Origin: Candidatus Undinarchaeota archaeon
Lineage (GTDB): Archaea; Undinarchaeota; Undinarchaeia; Undinarchaeales; UBA543
Assembly: GCA_964567575.1 (NCBI GenBank)
Contig: CAZMMZ010000011.1
Span: 1 to 14,713 of the forward strand
Direction: 5' to 3'
DNA length: 14,713 nucleotides
Positions 14,574-14,713 of this stretch are shown here, one piece after another. The notes beneath the pieces are model-generated. The model saw only the letters and a program-made list of their open reading frames with translations. It was not told where the DNA came from and did no database searches. The position numbers and the translations under genes were made by a program. Every line of letters starts with the position of its first letter. The stretch's first letter is position 1.

Positions 14574-14711
14574 TTAAATTTCTTTGAAATAATTCTTATC
14601 TGTAATGTAAATTATTGGCTCGTTTTTACTGGACATTGCTATTAGTTTTGCAATTAGTTCATAGCTTTTTTTGCGAGCATCTTCTTTATTTACAATTGAT
14701 TTTATTAAATC
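14574..14711 (-). CDS. 3' end of an unidentified convergent gene (partial)
   Basis: Open minus-strand frame from the window edge, ...DLIKSIVNKEDARKKSYELIAKLIAMSSKNEPIIYITDKNYFKEI*, with the stop TAA at 14574-14576. Confidence 0.55.
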   Translation of the reverse strand, partial: DLIKSIVNKEDARKKSYELIAKLIAMSSKNEPIIYITDKNYFKEI

Positions 14712-14713
14712 GC

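Noticed and set aside
1-14713. Mobile elements, integrase at tRNA-Cys, rRNA, CRISPR
   Set aside because: No transposase or integrase motifs, no duplicated tRNA 3' end, and no terminal repeats were seen.

Overview
AT-rich archaeal window. It has TATA-box promoters, an archaeal-type ThiI and CysRS, and surface-protein motifs typical of DPANN lineages; the DPANN assignment is inference. Gene order: 3' end of ATP-dependent PEP carboxykinase; a conserved archaeal SecB-like protein; a divergent two-gene split ThiI (active PP-loop subunit plus THUMP/dead-PP-loop subunit); a small Cys/Asp-rich membrane-anchored protein; a 13-codon poly-cysteine ORF (MKSKTFDCCCCCQ, absent from the ORF track) directly upstream of tRNA-Cys(GCA) and cysS; a Zn-finger/TM/triple thioredoxin-fold (GILT-like) protein; a probable lipoprotein-rhomboid-class II aldolase fusion-GDPD operon; a ~1000 aa cohesin/dockerin/beta-helix/DUF1554 surface protein; a membrane-anchored cohesin protein; and the 3' end of a convergent gene. 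The strongest novel candidate is a leaderless poly-Cys leader peptide that may act as a cysteine-sensing attenuator of a tRNA-Cys(-cysS) transcript in an archaeon. Next are the split ThiI and the cohesin-dockerin surface pair. All family assignments come from motif recognition by eye; no searches were run.
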